DNA of 34,762 bases from an uncultured Solibacteraceae bacterium (GCA_964552855.1 CAZKIM010000003.1:4281-39042); one strand, 5' to 3'; numbered from the stretch's first letter, positions 20,263-28,414 are shown. Made by a program: numbers and translations. The notes: generated by a model from the letters alone, not told the origin.

Positions 20263-21015
20263 TTATTTCGGCGGCAGCACCTGATCGCGGTAGGTGCGCG
20301 GCATGGTGAGCTTGGTCCCATCCGCGAGCAGCACCTGATAGTCCCCGTGGAACCAGGGGCGAAGCTCCTTCACGAAATCCAGGTTCACGATGCTCGAGCG
20401 ATGCACGCGCTTGAAACGGGCCGGGTCCAGGCGACGGAGCACCGTCGCCATGGTCATGCGGACGAGGTGGCTGGTGCCTTCCACATGGAGGCGGATGTAG
20501 TTGTCCTCGGCCTCGATCCACTGGATGTCGGAAGTCTTCAGCAGGAGGTGATGATCGCCGGAGCGCACGAGGATGCGATCCATGGGCGGGCGGGATTCCT
20601 GGACTTCATCCAGGAGGGAGGAAATGCGCCCGGGCCGGTCCGCGGAGGCTTTTCCAATCCACGCGCGGGCTCGCGTCAGCGCCTCGACGAAGCGCTTGCG
20701 GTCGAAGGGCTTCAACAGGTAGTCCAGAGCGTGGACCTCGAAGGCCTTGAGGGCGTGCTGATCGTGGGCCGTGACGAAGAGCGTCGGCGGCATGCGGTCC
20801 ACGCCCACGGCCTCGATCACATCGAAGCCGTCCAGTTCCGGCATCTGCACATCCAGGAGGACGAGGTCGGGCCGCAGGGATTCGATGGCCATCACCGCCT
20901 GTCCGCCGTCTCCGCATTCCGCGGCGATCTCCATGTCGGGCTCTTCGACGAGAAGGTCCTTCAGCCGTTGCCGCGCCAGCGGCTCGTCATCCACGATGAG
21001 GACGCGAAGGGTCAT
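20263..21015 (-). CDS. LytR/AlgR-family response regulator (receiver + LytTR), copy 2
   Basis: 250-aa ORF. IVDDEP, LLDVQMPELDG, LDYLLKPF. LytTR region IQWIEAEDNYIRLHV...FKRVHRSSIVNLDFVKEL. The ATG overlaps the kinase stop (ATGA). Confidence 0.92.
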   Translation of the reverse strand: MTLRVLIVDDEPLARQRLKDLLVEEPDMEIAAECGDGGQAVMAIESLRPDLVLLDVQMPELDGFDVIEAVGVDRMPPTLFVTAHDQHALKAFEVHALDYLLKPFDRKRFVEALTRARAWIGKASADRPGRISSLLDEVQESRPPMDRILVRSGDHHLLLKTSDIQWIEAEDNYIRLHVEGTSHLVRMTMATVLRRLDPARFKRVHRSSIVNLDFVKELRPWFHGDYQVLLADGTKLTMPRTYRDQVLPPK

Positions 21016-22109
21016 GGGACCGCCTCCTGAGGAAGCGCCTGGAACCGTAAGGGCAGGCGAAGGGTCGCCAGGGCGCCGCGCCCAGGCAGGCCCTGGAAAG
21101 TGAAAGAGGCCCGGTCGCCGTAGAGCAGGCGCAGGCGATCCCGCACGGAAGCGAGGCCGATGCCGTCGCGATGACGGGCGGGTGGCCCGTCGCCATCGTC
21201 CTGGACTTCAAGATGCAGCTCTTCCGCTTCGCGTCGCGCGCGAACCGCCACGAGGCCGCCCTCGCTCCGCTTCGCGAAGCCGTGCTTCAGCGCGTTCTCC
21301 ACGAGGGGCTGGAGGATGAAGGTGGGAAGCAACGCCGCGCCCACCTCCTCGGGGACCTCGACGGAGACGCGGAGCCTGTCCCGGAAGCGGACCTGCTCGA
21401 TCTCCAGGTAGGCGCCGAGGAATTCCAGCTCTTGGTCGAGGGTGGTTTCCTGATCGCCGTTGCGTTCCAGGCTTTTGCGGAGCAGGTCGCCCAGTCGCGC
21501 CACCATGCGATCCGCCGCTTCCACATCGGAATGCATGAGCGTGGCGATGGAGTGCAGCGTGTTGAAGAGGAAGTGGGGCTGGAGCTGCATGCGCAGCGCC
21601 TGGTTCTGGGCCTGGAACAGCTTGGCTTCGAGCTGGGAGGTGAGCAGCTCGCGGTCGCGGTAGCGGTTCCGCCATACCGTCGCGTGGTAGACCAGCAGCA
21701 CGGAGAGGAAGGTCAGGAAGTAGAAGTGGAAGTAGAGCGTGAAGAAGCGGCCCAGGTGCGGCCAGTAGTCGGCCGAGACTTGAGCCCAGGGCTTGCCTTC
21801 GCTCATGAGCGAGATGGTGAAGGCCGCCCAGAGCCCAAGGAACACGAGGATCAGGACGAGCGGCGCGAAGGCGGCCCACCGCGCGAGGCGAGCTTCGCCG
21901 TCCAAGGGCCAGCGGCGCAGGAAGGCGAAGGCCGGCAACACCAGCACCGCCCACACCGCCACCTGAATCGAGTTCAGGAGCAGGAGATGCCCCGCATGGG
22001 GACGCTGGGCGGGCAGGTAGAAGAAATCCTGGGTGGTGAAATAGATCACGCCCAACGCCCAGGCGAAGGCGAAGGTCCGCCAGAAGCGTGCAGAGGTGCC
22101 CACCCGCAA
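21012..22109 (-). CDS. AlgZ/FimS- or LytS-type sensor histidine kinase, copy 2
   Basis: 365-aa ORF with multiple TM helices, H-box LRMQLQPHFLFNTLHSI and N-box ILQPLVENALKHG. The start is non-ATG (TTG at 22109 or GTG at 22103), so the exact start is uncertain. Confidence 0.85.
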   Translation of the reverse strand: MRVGTSARFWRTFAFAWALGVIYFTTQDFFYLPAQRPHAGHLLLLNSIQVAVWAVLVLPAFAFLRRWPLDGEARLARWAAFAPLVLILVFLGLWAAFTISLMSEGKPWAQVSADYWPHLGRFFTLYFHFYFLTFLSVLLVYHATVWRNRYRDRELLTSQLEAKLFQAQNQALRMQLQPHFLFNTLHSIATLMHSDVEAADRMVARLGDLLRKSLERNGDQETTLDQELEFLGAYLEIEQVRFRDRLRVSVEVPEEVGAALLPTFILQPLVENALKHGFAKRSEGGLVAVRARREAEELHLEVQDDGDGPPARHRDGIGLASVRDRLRLLYGDRASFTFQGLPGRGALATLRLPLRFQALPQEAVP

Positions 22110-22240
22110 GATGCTAGCCCAAATGGGATTAGGTGGGACCGGACTGGGGCGAATCCAGGATTCGGAGGGGTGAGCCTTCGGTCTTCGGCGCCTTGATGCC
22201 GGTCAATCGAGGCGAAGGAATCCGGGAGGACACTCCAAGC

Positions 22241-23014
22241 ATGGACTGGCGGCCTCCCCTCCCCCGCGAACACGGCGCCTGGGTGCAAGCGGGCCTCGCC
22301 ACCCTCGCCACTCTGCTCGTGGCGCCGACCTTCCCTCCGGGCTTATGGGCTTGGCTGGGGGCCTTGTGGCTCGCCTTCCTGGCCCACGAACCGCTGCTGC
22401 GCGTGCTCGGACAGCGGGGCGCGAGGGCGCGCGAGGCGGGCCTCGGCCGCGCGTGGTTCTGGCTGGTGGGCCTGGGCGCCTTCGCGTGGGTGCTGGCCTG
22501 GCTTGGAGCGCGCGGCGCTTCGGTCCCGGCGCGGCTCACGCTGCTCGCGCCGCTTGCGTGTGCGGGCCTGTTGCTGCCGGGCATCCTCCGCGGCGAGGAG
22601 AAGAGCCTGCCGGGCGAGGTGCTGGCGGCCCTCGCGCTCGGCGGCGCGACCGGACCCCTGGCCCTTCGCGCGGGCGCGAGCGTGGCGGTCGCGGGTCAGC
22701 TCGCCGGCGTGCTGGTCCTGGCCTTTGTCTTGGGGACGCTCCTCATCCGGCGCTTCCTGGGCCAGTTGCGCCAGCGGCCCGAACCCCTGAGCGCCGTGGG
22801 CGCGGCGCTGCTCACGGGCCTTGGCGCGGGGCTCGGCCTCGCGCTCGTGGTGGAGGGCCGCGCGCTGGAAGGCCTGGCGCTTCTGCCGCTGCCGATCCTC
22901 GGCTTCCGTCTCTTCGCGCGGCCCTGGCCCGCGCGACACCTCAAGCGCCTGGGCTGGTTCCTGGCGGCGGGCAACCTCGCGGCCGTCCTGCTGATGGGCG
23001 CGGCGCTGCGCTAG
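22241..23014 (+). CDS. YwiC-like polytopic membrane protein (DUF family), function unknown
   Basis: Track ORF 22133..23014 trimmed to ATG 22241, which has GGGAGGA 10 nt upstream (257 aa). The N-terminal PREHGAWVQ matches my recollection of the YwiC-like signature (EHGAW). The rest is Leu/Ala/Gly-rich TM helices. Confidence 0.6.
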   Translation: MDWRPPLPREHGAWVQAGLATLATLLVAPTFPPGLWAWLGALWLAFLAHEPLLRVLGQRGARAREAGLGRAWFWLVGLGAFAWVLAWLGARGASVPARLTLLAPLACAGLLLPGILRGEEKSLPGEVLAALALGGATGPLALRAGASVAVAGQLAGVLVLAFVLGTLLIRRFLGQLRQRPEPLSAVGAALLTGLGAGLGLALVVEGRALEGLALLPLPILGFRLFARPWPARHLKRLGWFLAAGNLAAVLLMGAALR

Positions 23015-23027
23015 CCCCGGCGCGAAA

Positions 23028-23717
23028 TCAGGCGGCGGGAGCCGTCACCTGAGGAGCATGGATCTGCTGGTGCAGGTCCAGCGTCAATTCCTTCACGCCG
23101 TTGATGAGGAACTGGGTCGCCACGGCGGCGAGGATGAGGCCCATGAGCTTCGTGAGCACCTTGCCGCCGATGGGCCCGAGTTTCGTGAGCACCTTGGGGC
23201 TGTGGGCGAGGAAGAGGTAGCAGACCCAGGCGTTGAGGATGATCGCGCCAAGCACCGCGAGATACTCCAGCAGCGACAGGCCCACGATCATGCCCATCAC
23301 AGTGGAGATGGTGCCCGGCCCCGCCAGCAGCGGAATGCCGAAGGGGATGATGGCGAAGTCGGAAGCCTGCTTGCCCACGGCCTGGGCGCGCTCCGTCGCC
23401 ATGCTGCGATCCTGCTCCTCATCGCCGTAGAGCATGTGGAGCGCGCTGCGGAAGACGAGCACGCCGCCGACGAAGCGCATGGCGAGCGCCGTGAAGCCGA
23501 AGAAGCTGAAGAGGAACTGGCCGAGCAGCGCGCAGACGAGCATCGCCACGCCGGCGGTGAAGCTGGCTTTCCGGGCGCAGGCGCGGAGTTCCTTCTTCTC
23601 CATGCCCGAAGTCGCGCCAGCGAAGACGATGGCGGAAGAGGGTGGATTGATGATGGAGAAGAGCGAAGTCGCCACGCCGACGGCGAAGGCGAGGGTGGGC
23701 GCGGGTCCGAGGTGCAT
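23028..23717 (-). CDS. MarC-family (UPF0056/NAAT) integral membrane protein
   Basis: 229-aa ORF. LFSIINPPSSAIVFAGAT near the N-terminus, AIIPFGIPLLAGPGTIST in the centre, six predicted TM helices. Confidence 0.82.
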   Translation of the reverse strand: MHLGPAPTLAFAVGVATSLFSIINPPSSAIVFAGATSGMEKKELRACARKASFTAGVAMLVCALLGQFLFSFFGFTALAMRFVGGVLVFRSALHMLYGDEEQDRSMATERAQAVGKQASDFAIIPFGIPLLAGPGTISTVMGMIVGLSLLEYLAVLGAIILNAWVCYLFLAHSPKVLTKLGPIGGKVLTKLMGLILAAVATQFLINGVKELTLDLHQQIHAPQVTAPAA

Positions 23718-23736
23718 ATGGCCCTATGCTAGCCGG

Positions 23737-24354
23737 ATGCGGGATGAGACGCGGTTCCGGGAGCAGCACCAGAAGCGCCTGAGCTGGATGCCCTGGCTCT
23801 ATTTCACCCTGAAGCCGAAGCACCGCGCCTGGGCCGACGCCTGGCAGGCGGAGGTCCAGGCCTTCCTCTTGGAGCAGGAGACGGTCCAGATCGGCGAAGG
23901 TTGCTTCATCGCGCCGGAGGCGGCGCTCTTCGGTGAACCCGGCCGTCCCGTGATCCTCGGGGACGGCTGCGCCATCGCCGCCCAGGCCTTCCTCCACGGC
24001 CCGATCACGCTGGGAGAGGGCGTGAGCGTCAATGCCGGGGCGCGGCTGGATGGCGGCGGCAAAGGCATCACCATCGGCGCGGGGACGCGCATCGCCAGCG
24101 GCGCGGCGCTCTATGCCTTCGATCACCGCATGGCGCCGGACCGGCCCATCGCCGACCAACCCGTGCGCTCCAAGGGCATCGTCATCGGCGCGGATTGCTG
24201 GATCGGCGCCAACGCGGGGATCACGGACGGCGCGCGCCTCGGCGATCATGCGGTCGTGGCGATGGGCGCGGTGGTGAAGGGAGAAGTGCCCGACTGGGCC
24301 ATCGTCGCGGGCGTCCCGGCGCGGATCGTCGGGGACCGGCGGGAACGCCGCTAG
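23737..24354 (+). CDS. left-handed beta-helix (hexapeptide-repeat) acyl/acetyltransferase
   Basis: Track ORF 23434..24354 trimmed to ATG 23737 (205 aa). Imperfect hexapeptide repeats (IGEGCFI, ILGDGCAI, ITLGEGVSV, ITIGAGTRI, IVIGADCWIGANAGI) and a C-terminal AIVAGVPARIV. Confidence 0.82.
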   Translation: MRDETRFREQHQKRLSWMPWLYFTLKPKHRAWADAWQAEVQAFLLEQETVQIGEGCFIAPEAALFGEPGRPVILGDGCAIAAQAFLHGPITLGEGVSVNAGARLDGGGKGITIGAGTRIASGAALYAFDHRMAPDRPIADQPVRSKGIVIGADCWIGANAGITDGARLGDHAVVAMGAVVKGEVPDWAIVAGVPARIVGDRRERR

Positions 24355-24571
24355 CCTTTCTCGGCCCATGCGGGGCTTTGCAACGCGGCACGGCGATGGC
24401 GTGGCAACGATCCACACGCAACGGCTTCAACCTTTTCCAAAGGAATCGCGGCCTTGGACTTGGAGGTTGGCACGAGCCATGACTCCATCTTCCCAGGTCC
24501 GGCTCAACCCGCCGCCCCACCACCCCCTCTCTTCTTCCACCGCGAGCGTGCCTCGCACCAAGGAGTCCGTC

Positions 24572-24925
24572 ATGAACCGCAGCATCAAGAACCTCCTCCT
24601 CGGCGTCGCCGGCGCCCTCTTCGCCACCGGCGCCTTGATGGCCCAGGCCCCGGCTCCCACGCCGACCCAGAAGCGCGAGGCCCGCGAGACCCAGCGCGAC
24701 ATCAACCAGCAGAAGCGCATCCAGCAGGGCGAGAAGAGCGGTCAGCTCACGCCCAAGGAAGCCGGCAAGCTGGAGCGTCAGGAAGGCCGCGTTGATCGCG
24801 CCGAAGCCAAGGCCGATGCCAACGGCCATGTCTCGAAGAAGGAAGCCGCGCACATCAATCGCATGCAGAATCGCGAGAGCAAGCGCATCTACCGCAAGAA
24901 GCACAACGACCGGACGACCAAGTAA
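24572..24925 (+). CDS. small secreted basic protein with two internal helical repeats, function unknown
   Basis: Track ORF 24368..24925 trimmed to ATG 24572, which has AAGGAG upstream (117 aa). Signal peptide MNRSIKNLLLGVAGALFATGALMAQA. Repeats QLTPKEAGKLERQEGRVDRAEAKA and HVSKKEAAHINRMQNRESKRIYRKK. Confidence 0.65.
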   Translation: MNRSIKNLLLGVAGALFATGALMAQAPAPTPTQKREARETQRDINQQKRIQQGEKSGQLTPKEAGKLERQEGRVDRAEAKADANGHVSKKEAAHINRMQNRESKRIYRKKHNDRTTK

Positions 24926-24931
24926 GGTCCG

Positions 24932-26614
24932 CTAGCGAGAACCGGGCACCGGCTCCTGGGCAACGGGGGCCGGTGCCTTGCCTTCCAGCGCCAGCGGCAC
25001 GCCGTCCAGCTTCTCTTCGGGCTTGAGGCCGAGCTCTTCCGCCAGCGTCGGCGCGAGGTCAACGAGGGCCACGGGGTCTGATCGCTTGGCCGCCTTCCAC
25101 GGGCCCCAGAAGATGAGCGGCACGCGGCGATCCATGTCCCAGGGCGCGCTGTGGTCCTCCAGGTAGGGCGGGCCATCGGACCACCCGATGAAGGGCTTCC
25201 AGGCCACGAGCACATCGCCGCTGCGGCCGGGCGCGTAGCTCAGGGCCATGCGCTGGGCGAGGGTGAAGGTGGCCGGATCGGCGCGGAGATCCACCTGCGT
25301 CGCGGCGAGCTGGAAGGCGGGAAAGGCATCCGCCACGCCGTCCATCTGCTTCACCGTGTCCGCGGCCTGGGACTCCGCGGCGTTCCGTCCGCCCGCCGCG
25401 CGGATCGCGGCGTCGCTGAGGTAGAGCATGTCCGGCCCGTAGCCCGCGGGAAGGAGCGCGGGTCCGTTCAATTTCCACCGGGTGCGAAGGCGCGTGTCCA
25501 CTTCCGCCAACCAGGCGTCCCGGGAGATGCGCTTGGCGGGATAGCCCATCTCGGCGAGTCGCTCGGGGATGTCCTGGCCGCCGTGATCGGCGCTGAGGGC
25601 CACCCACACATCCGGGTCCTGGGCTTTCAGGAAGTCGAGGAAGCGACCCAAAGCCGCGTCAAGGCGGGCGAGATGATCCGCCATCTCAGGTCCGAAAGTA
25701 CCGTAGAAGTGGGACACATAGTCGGTGGCGGAAAGGCTGAGGGCGAGCAGATCCGTGCTGCGGCCCTGCCCGAGCTTCTCATGCGTGATGAGTGCCTCCG
25801 CCGCCTGGAGCGTCAGCTCGTCCATGTAGGGCGAGGCTTTGAGGCGATCCACGAACTTGCCGTCCAGCGGATCACCGAGGCCGAGGATCTTGCGCGGCAG
25901 GCCCACGCGCACCGCGCCTTTGGGCAGCGCGAAGGTTTCCGGCCCGCGCGCAGGGAAGGCCGGGCGCGGGCCTTCGGTCCAGACGATGGGAGCGCTGGCC
26001 CAGGCGGCGCGCGTCCGCGCGTCGAAGGCGAGCAGCCAATCCGGCAGCGCGTTGGCGTAGGCGGTGGAAGTGGTGAAGCCTTCCGCGCTGTCCATCCAAT
26101 AGACGGCGGACGGATGGCGGCCGCTCATGAGGATCGCCGCGCGGTCTTTGTAGGAGAGCCCGAAGGCGCGTGACCCCGGCACCTGCCGCTGAAGCCAGTC
26201 GCCGAGCGTCGTGCCCTTGAACCACACCTGGCTCATGCCCGGCGCGGAAGGGTCGCCACCGAGGTCGTGGACACGCGGATCGGCGACGCAGTAGACGGTC
26301 TTGCCCGTACGCGCGTCCCGCCAATCGTTCTCCACGATGCCGGTGCTCGCCGGATAGCGCCCTGAGAGCAGCACGGAGTGGCCCGGCCCCGTCTCCGTGA
26401 TGCCGTGCGCCTGATAGGCGTCCGTGAACCAGACGCCTTCGCGCTCCAGGCGGCCCAGTCCGCCGGGCAGGTCCGTTCCGCAGCGGGCGAGCAGGTCCGC
26501 GCTGAACTGATCAATGGAGATGACGACGACCAGCTTGGGCCGGGGCGGCGCGGCTTGGAGGGATGGGGCCACCAAGGCGAGCGAGACCAGGGCGGGAAGG
26601 GCGGGACGGAGCAT
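24932..26614 (-). CDS. secreted alkaline-phosphatase-superfamily enzyme (PafA / nucleotide pyrophosphatase-phosphodiesterase-like)
   Basis: Track ORF 24932..27034 trimmed to ATG 26614 (560 aa). Signal peptide MLRPALPALVSLALVAPSLQAA, metal-site start VVVISIDQFSADLL, nucleophile region GITETGPGHSVLLSGRYP, and distal LSADHGG. Confidence 0.82.
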   Translation of the reverse strand: MLRPALPALVSLALVAPSLQAAPPRPKLVVVISIDQFSADLLARCGTDLPGGLGRLEREGVWFTDAYQAHGITETGPGHSVLLSGRYPASTGIVENDWRDARTGKTVYCVADPRVHDLGGDPSAPGMSQVWFKGTTLGDWLQRQVPGSRAFGLSYKDRAAILMSGRHPSAVYWMDSAEGFTTSTAYANALPDWLLAFDARTRAAWASAPIVWTEGPRPAFPARGPETFALPKGAVRVGLPRKILGLGDPLDGKFVDRLKASPYMDELTLQAAEALITHEKLGQGRSTDLLALSLSATDYVSHFYGTFGPEMADHLARLDAALGRFLDFLKAQDPDVWVALSADHGGQDIPERLAEMGYPAKRISRDAWLAEVDTRLRTRWKLNGPALLPAGYGPDMLYLSDAAIRAAGGRNAAESQAADTVKQMDGVADAFPAFQLAATQVDLRADPATFTLAQRMALSYAPGRSGDVLVAWKPFIGWSDGPPYLEDHSAPWDMDRRVPLIFWGPWKAAKRSDPVALVDLAPTLAEELGLKPEEKLDGVPLALEGKAPAPVAQEPVPGSR

Positions 26615-26659
26615 CCTTCCACCCTGCGCTGGTCCGGCCTGCCGCGCTAGCCTAGGACC

Positions 26660-27058
26660 GTGAATCGCCTCCGCCGCGCCCTCTGTCTCCTGACCCTTTC
26701 GGGCCTCGCCGCCTGCGGGCACCTGCCCACGCCCGCGCGGGCCGCGAAGCCCGCCGCGCAAGCCCAGGCGGCTCCGGCCAACGGCATCCCCGCCTACGCC
26801 TGGCAGACGCTCGCCTACCTCCGCGCCCACCATGAAGCGCCGCCGGGTTTCGAGGGCAGCCGCCGCTTCGGCAACTACGAGAAGGTGCTGCCGCAAACGG
26901 ACGCTTCCGGCCGCCGCATCCAGTACCAGGAATGGGATGTTCACCCCCACCGCGAGCATGTGAATCGCGGCGCGGAGCGCATCGTCACCGGCAGCGATGG
27001 CCGCGCCTGGTATACCGGCGACCACTACGCCCATTTCACGGAGATGAACGCCCCATGA
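26660..27058 (+). CDS. guanyl-specific ribonuclease of the RNase Sa/barnase (N1/T1) family, predicted lipoprotein
   Basis: 132-aa ORF with a GTG start and lipobox LSGLAAC. The catalytic core aligns by eye to RNase Sa: RRFGNYEKVLP (Sa: VFQNRESVLP), YQEWDV, NRGAERIVTG, WYTGDHYAHF (Sa: YYTGDHYATF). Confidence 0.88.
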   Translation: MNRLRRALCLLTLSGLAACGHLPTPARAAKPAAQAQAAPANGIPAYAWQTLAYLRAHHEAPPGFEGSRRFGNYEKVLPQTDASGRRIQYQEWDVHPHREHVNRGAERIVTGSDGRAWYTGDHYAHFTEMNAP

Positions 27059-27453
27059 ACCTGGACGCGCTGACCAGACCCCAACCGCCCTTCCTCCACG
27101 CGACGAAGGAAGACGCCGCCACGCTCTGGGACGCGCTCCGCGTCCACCCCACCGCCCGTCTCCTGCGCGGATCGCGCATGACGACCAAGACCGGCCTCAT
27201 GGCCGAATTCGCCGCCGCCCTCCAATTCCCGCCGACCTTCGGCGCCAACTGGGACGCCCTGGATGAAGCCCTCGCCGACCTCGCCTGGATGGGCGGCAAG
27301 GGCGCAATCCTATGCATCACCGAATCGGAGCAAGTGCTCGCCAAAGGCAGCGAGGAAGATCAAAGCATCTTCCGCACCCTGCTCGAAGATGTCGCCCAAG
27401 CCTGGGCCGCCATCGAGCCCCCCGCGCCGTTTCATGTGGTGATGAACGACTGA
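27055..27453 (+). CDS. barstar-family ribonuclease inhibitor
   Basis: Track ORF 26932..27453 trimmed to ATG 27055 (132 aa). The ATG overlaps the RNase stop (ATGA). LMAEFAAALQFPPTFGANWDALDEALADL matches the barstar signature (fP.yfG.NwDAl.D.L). Confidence 0.85.
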   Translation: MNLDALTRPQPPFLHATKEDAATLWDALRVHPTARLLRGSRMTTKTGLMAEFAAALQFPPTFGANWDALDEALADLAWMGGKGAILCITESEQVLAKGSEEDQSIFRTLLEDVAQAWAAIEPPAPFHVVMND

Positions 27454-27461
27454 ATGGAACC

Positions 27462-27508
27462 GCGAATGCCACGAATGGCGCGAATGCATTCGTGGCATTC
27501 GCGCCATT
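27462..27508. repeat. compound palindrome built from CGAATG/CATTCG units between convergent genes; probable bidirectional terminator
   Basis: There are two mutually exclusive perfect hairpins. One is GCGAATGCCACGAATG (27462-27477) with CATTCGTGGCATTCGC (27487-27502). The other is AATGGCGCGAATGC (27474-27487) with GCATTCGCGCCATT (27495-27508). It lies between the barstar stop (27453) and the NTF2-like stop (27516). Confidence 0.6.
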
Positions 27509-27515
27509 AGCGGTT

Positions 27516-27962
27516 TCAGCCTTTCGCCATGAACGCGTCGAGGTTCTTCCGTGCTTCTTTACGCGCGGCGGCCTGCATCAGGCGGGTGCGGCCGAAGAGG
27601 AAGCCCTTGAAGCCCAGCGCCTGGCGCAGCCAGCGGGGGAAGTCGAAGCCATCCCGCTGGGCGAGGATGAGGCCGTTCTGGAAGCCGAATTGGGAGCGGC
27701 CCTGGTTCACGACCATCCGCCCTGTTTTCGAAAAGAGGTAGCGGGCGGTCCAGTCCACGCGGTCTTCGCCGAGCACCTGGAACTCGAAGGAGAAATCCTG
27801 AGCGCGGCCCAGCAGCATGCGCCACATCGCCGCCGTCTCGGCGCGGTTCAGCATGGGAAACACGGGATCGGAGAAGGCCGCGTCCGCGTGGTAGCACGCG
27901 ATCATGCCTTCAGCGTCCTTGCGGGCAAGGGCCTCGTAGAAGCGGGTGAGGAGGTCTCGCAT
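27516..27962 (-). CDS. NTF2/SnoaL-like superfamily protein
   Basis: 148-aa ORF. RFYEALARKDAEGMIACYHADAAFSDPVF is the typical SnoaL_2/DUF4440-type opening, followed by the cone-fold beta region. The ATG shares 1 nt with the upstream stop (TGATG). Confidence 0.78.
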   Translation of the reverse strand: MRDLLTRFYEALARKDAEGMIACYHADAAFSDPVFPMLNRAETAAMWRMLLGRAQDFSFEFQVLGEDRVDWTARYLFSKTGRMVVNQGRSQFGFQNGLILAQRDGFDFPRWLRQALGFKGFLFGRTRLMQAAARKEARKNLDAFMAKG

Positions 27963-28414
27963 CAGTCCCCCATGCGCTTCAGCGCTTCGATATCCGCCAG
28001 GTCCTGGATGCGTCCCGTGGCCTGCTTGTTTTGGATGAGCTCGGCCTTCCCTAGGACAGAGATGGATTGGTCGCCATAGCGGCTCGGAACGCGATGCTCC
28101 CAGGCACCTCCAAACTCGACCCCATCGGGAGCCGTGAGGAGGTCAATTCGGTTCGGCGCGATCCCCATCTGGAACACGAGTCCTGGCGTGTGGAGATCCT
28201 CCACGCGCAAGCTCCCGAGAGGCGCGCCGAAGGCCTCGAGCGCGCTCCAGACCCGCTGGGCGTTCTCGGGTGTGGGACGGACCCAAAGATCGAGGTCTTT
28301 CGTGAAGCGGGGCGCTCCATGAGCCGCCAGCGCGTAGGCACCGATGACCAGGTACTCAGCGCCCGCGGCGTTCAACGACGCAAACAGATCTCTGAAGTCG
28401 GGGTTCAGGGCCAT
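27962..28414 (-). CDS. minimal nucleotidyltransferase-fold protein (MNT/AbiEii-like, DUF-type)
   Basis: 150-aa ORF. Pol-beta-type NTase signature [22 protein letters not shown] (G-x-...-D-x-D) and a further acidic residue in NRIDLL. GC3 is slightly lower than in neighbouring core genes. Confidence 0.72.
   Translation of the reverse strand: MALNPDFRDLFASLNAAGAEYLVIGAYALAAHGAPRFTKDLDLWVRPTPENAQRVWSALEAFGAPLGSLRVEDLHTPGLVFQMGIAPNRIDLLTAPDGVEFGGAWEHRVPSRYGDQSISVLGKAELIQNKQATGRIQDLADIEALKRMGD

Noticed and set aside
27310-27507. 65-aa ORF (MARMPRMHSRHSWHSRF...) covering the CGAATG palindrome.
   Set aside because: The repetitive peptide is simply the translation of the palindromic repeat, and it overlaps the barstar 3' end antisense.
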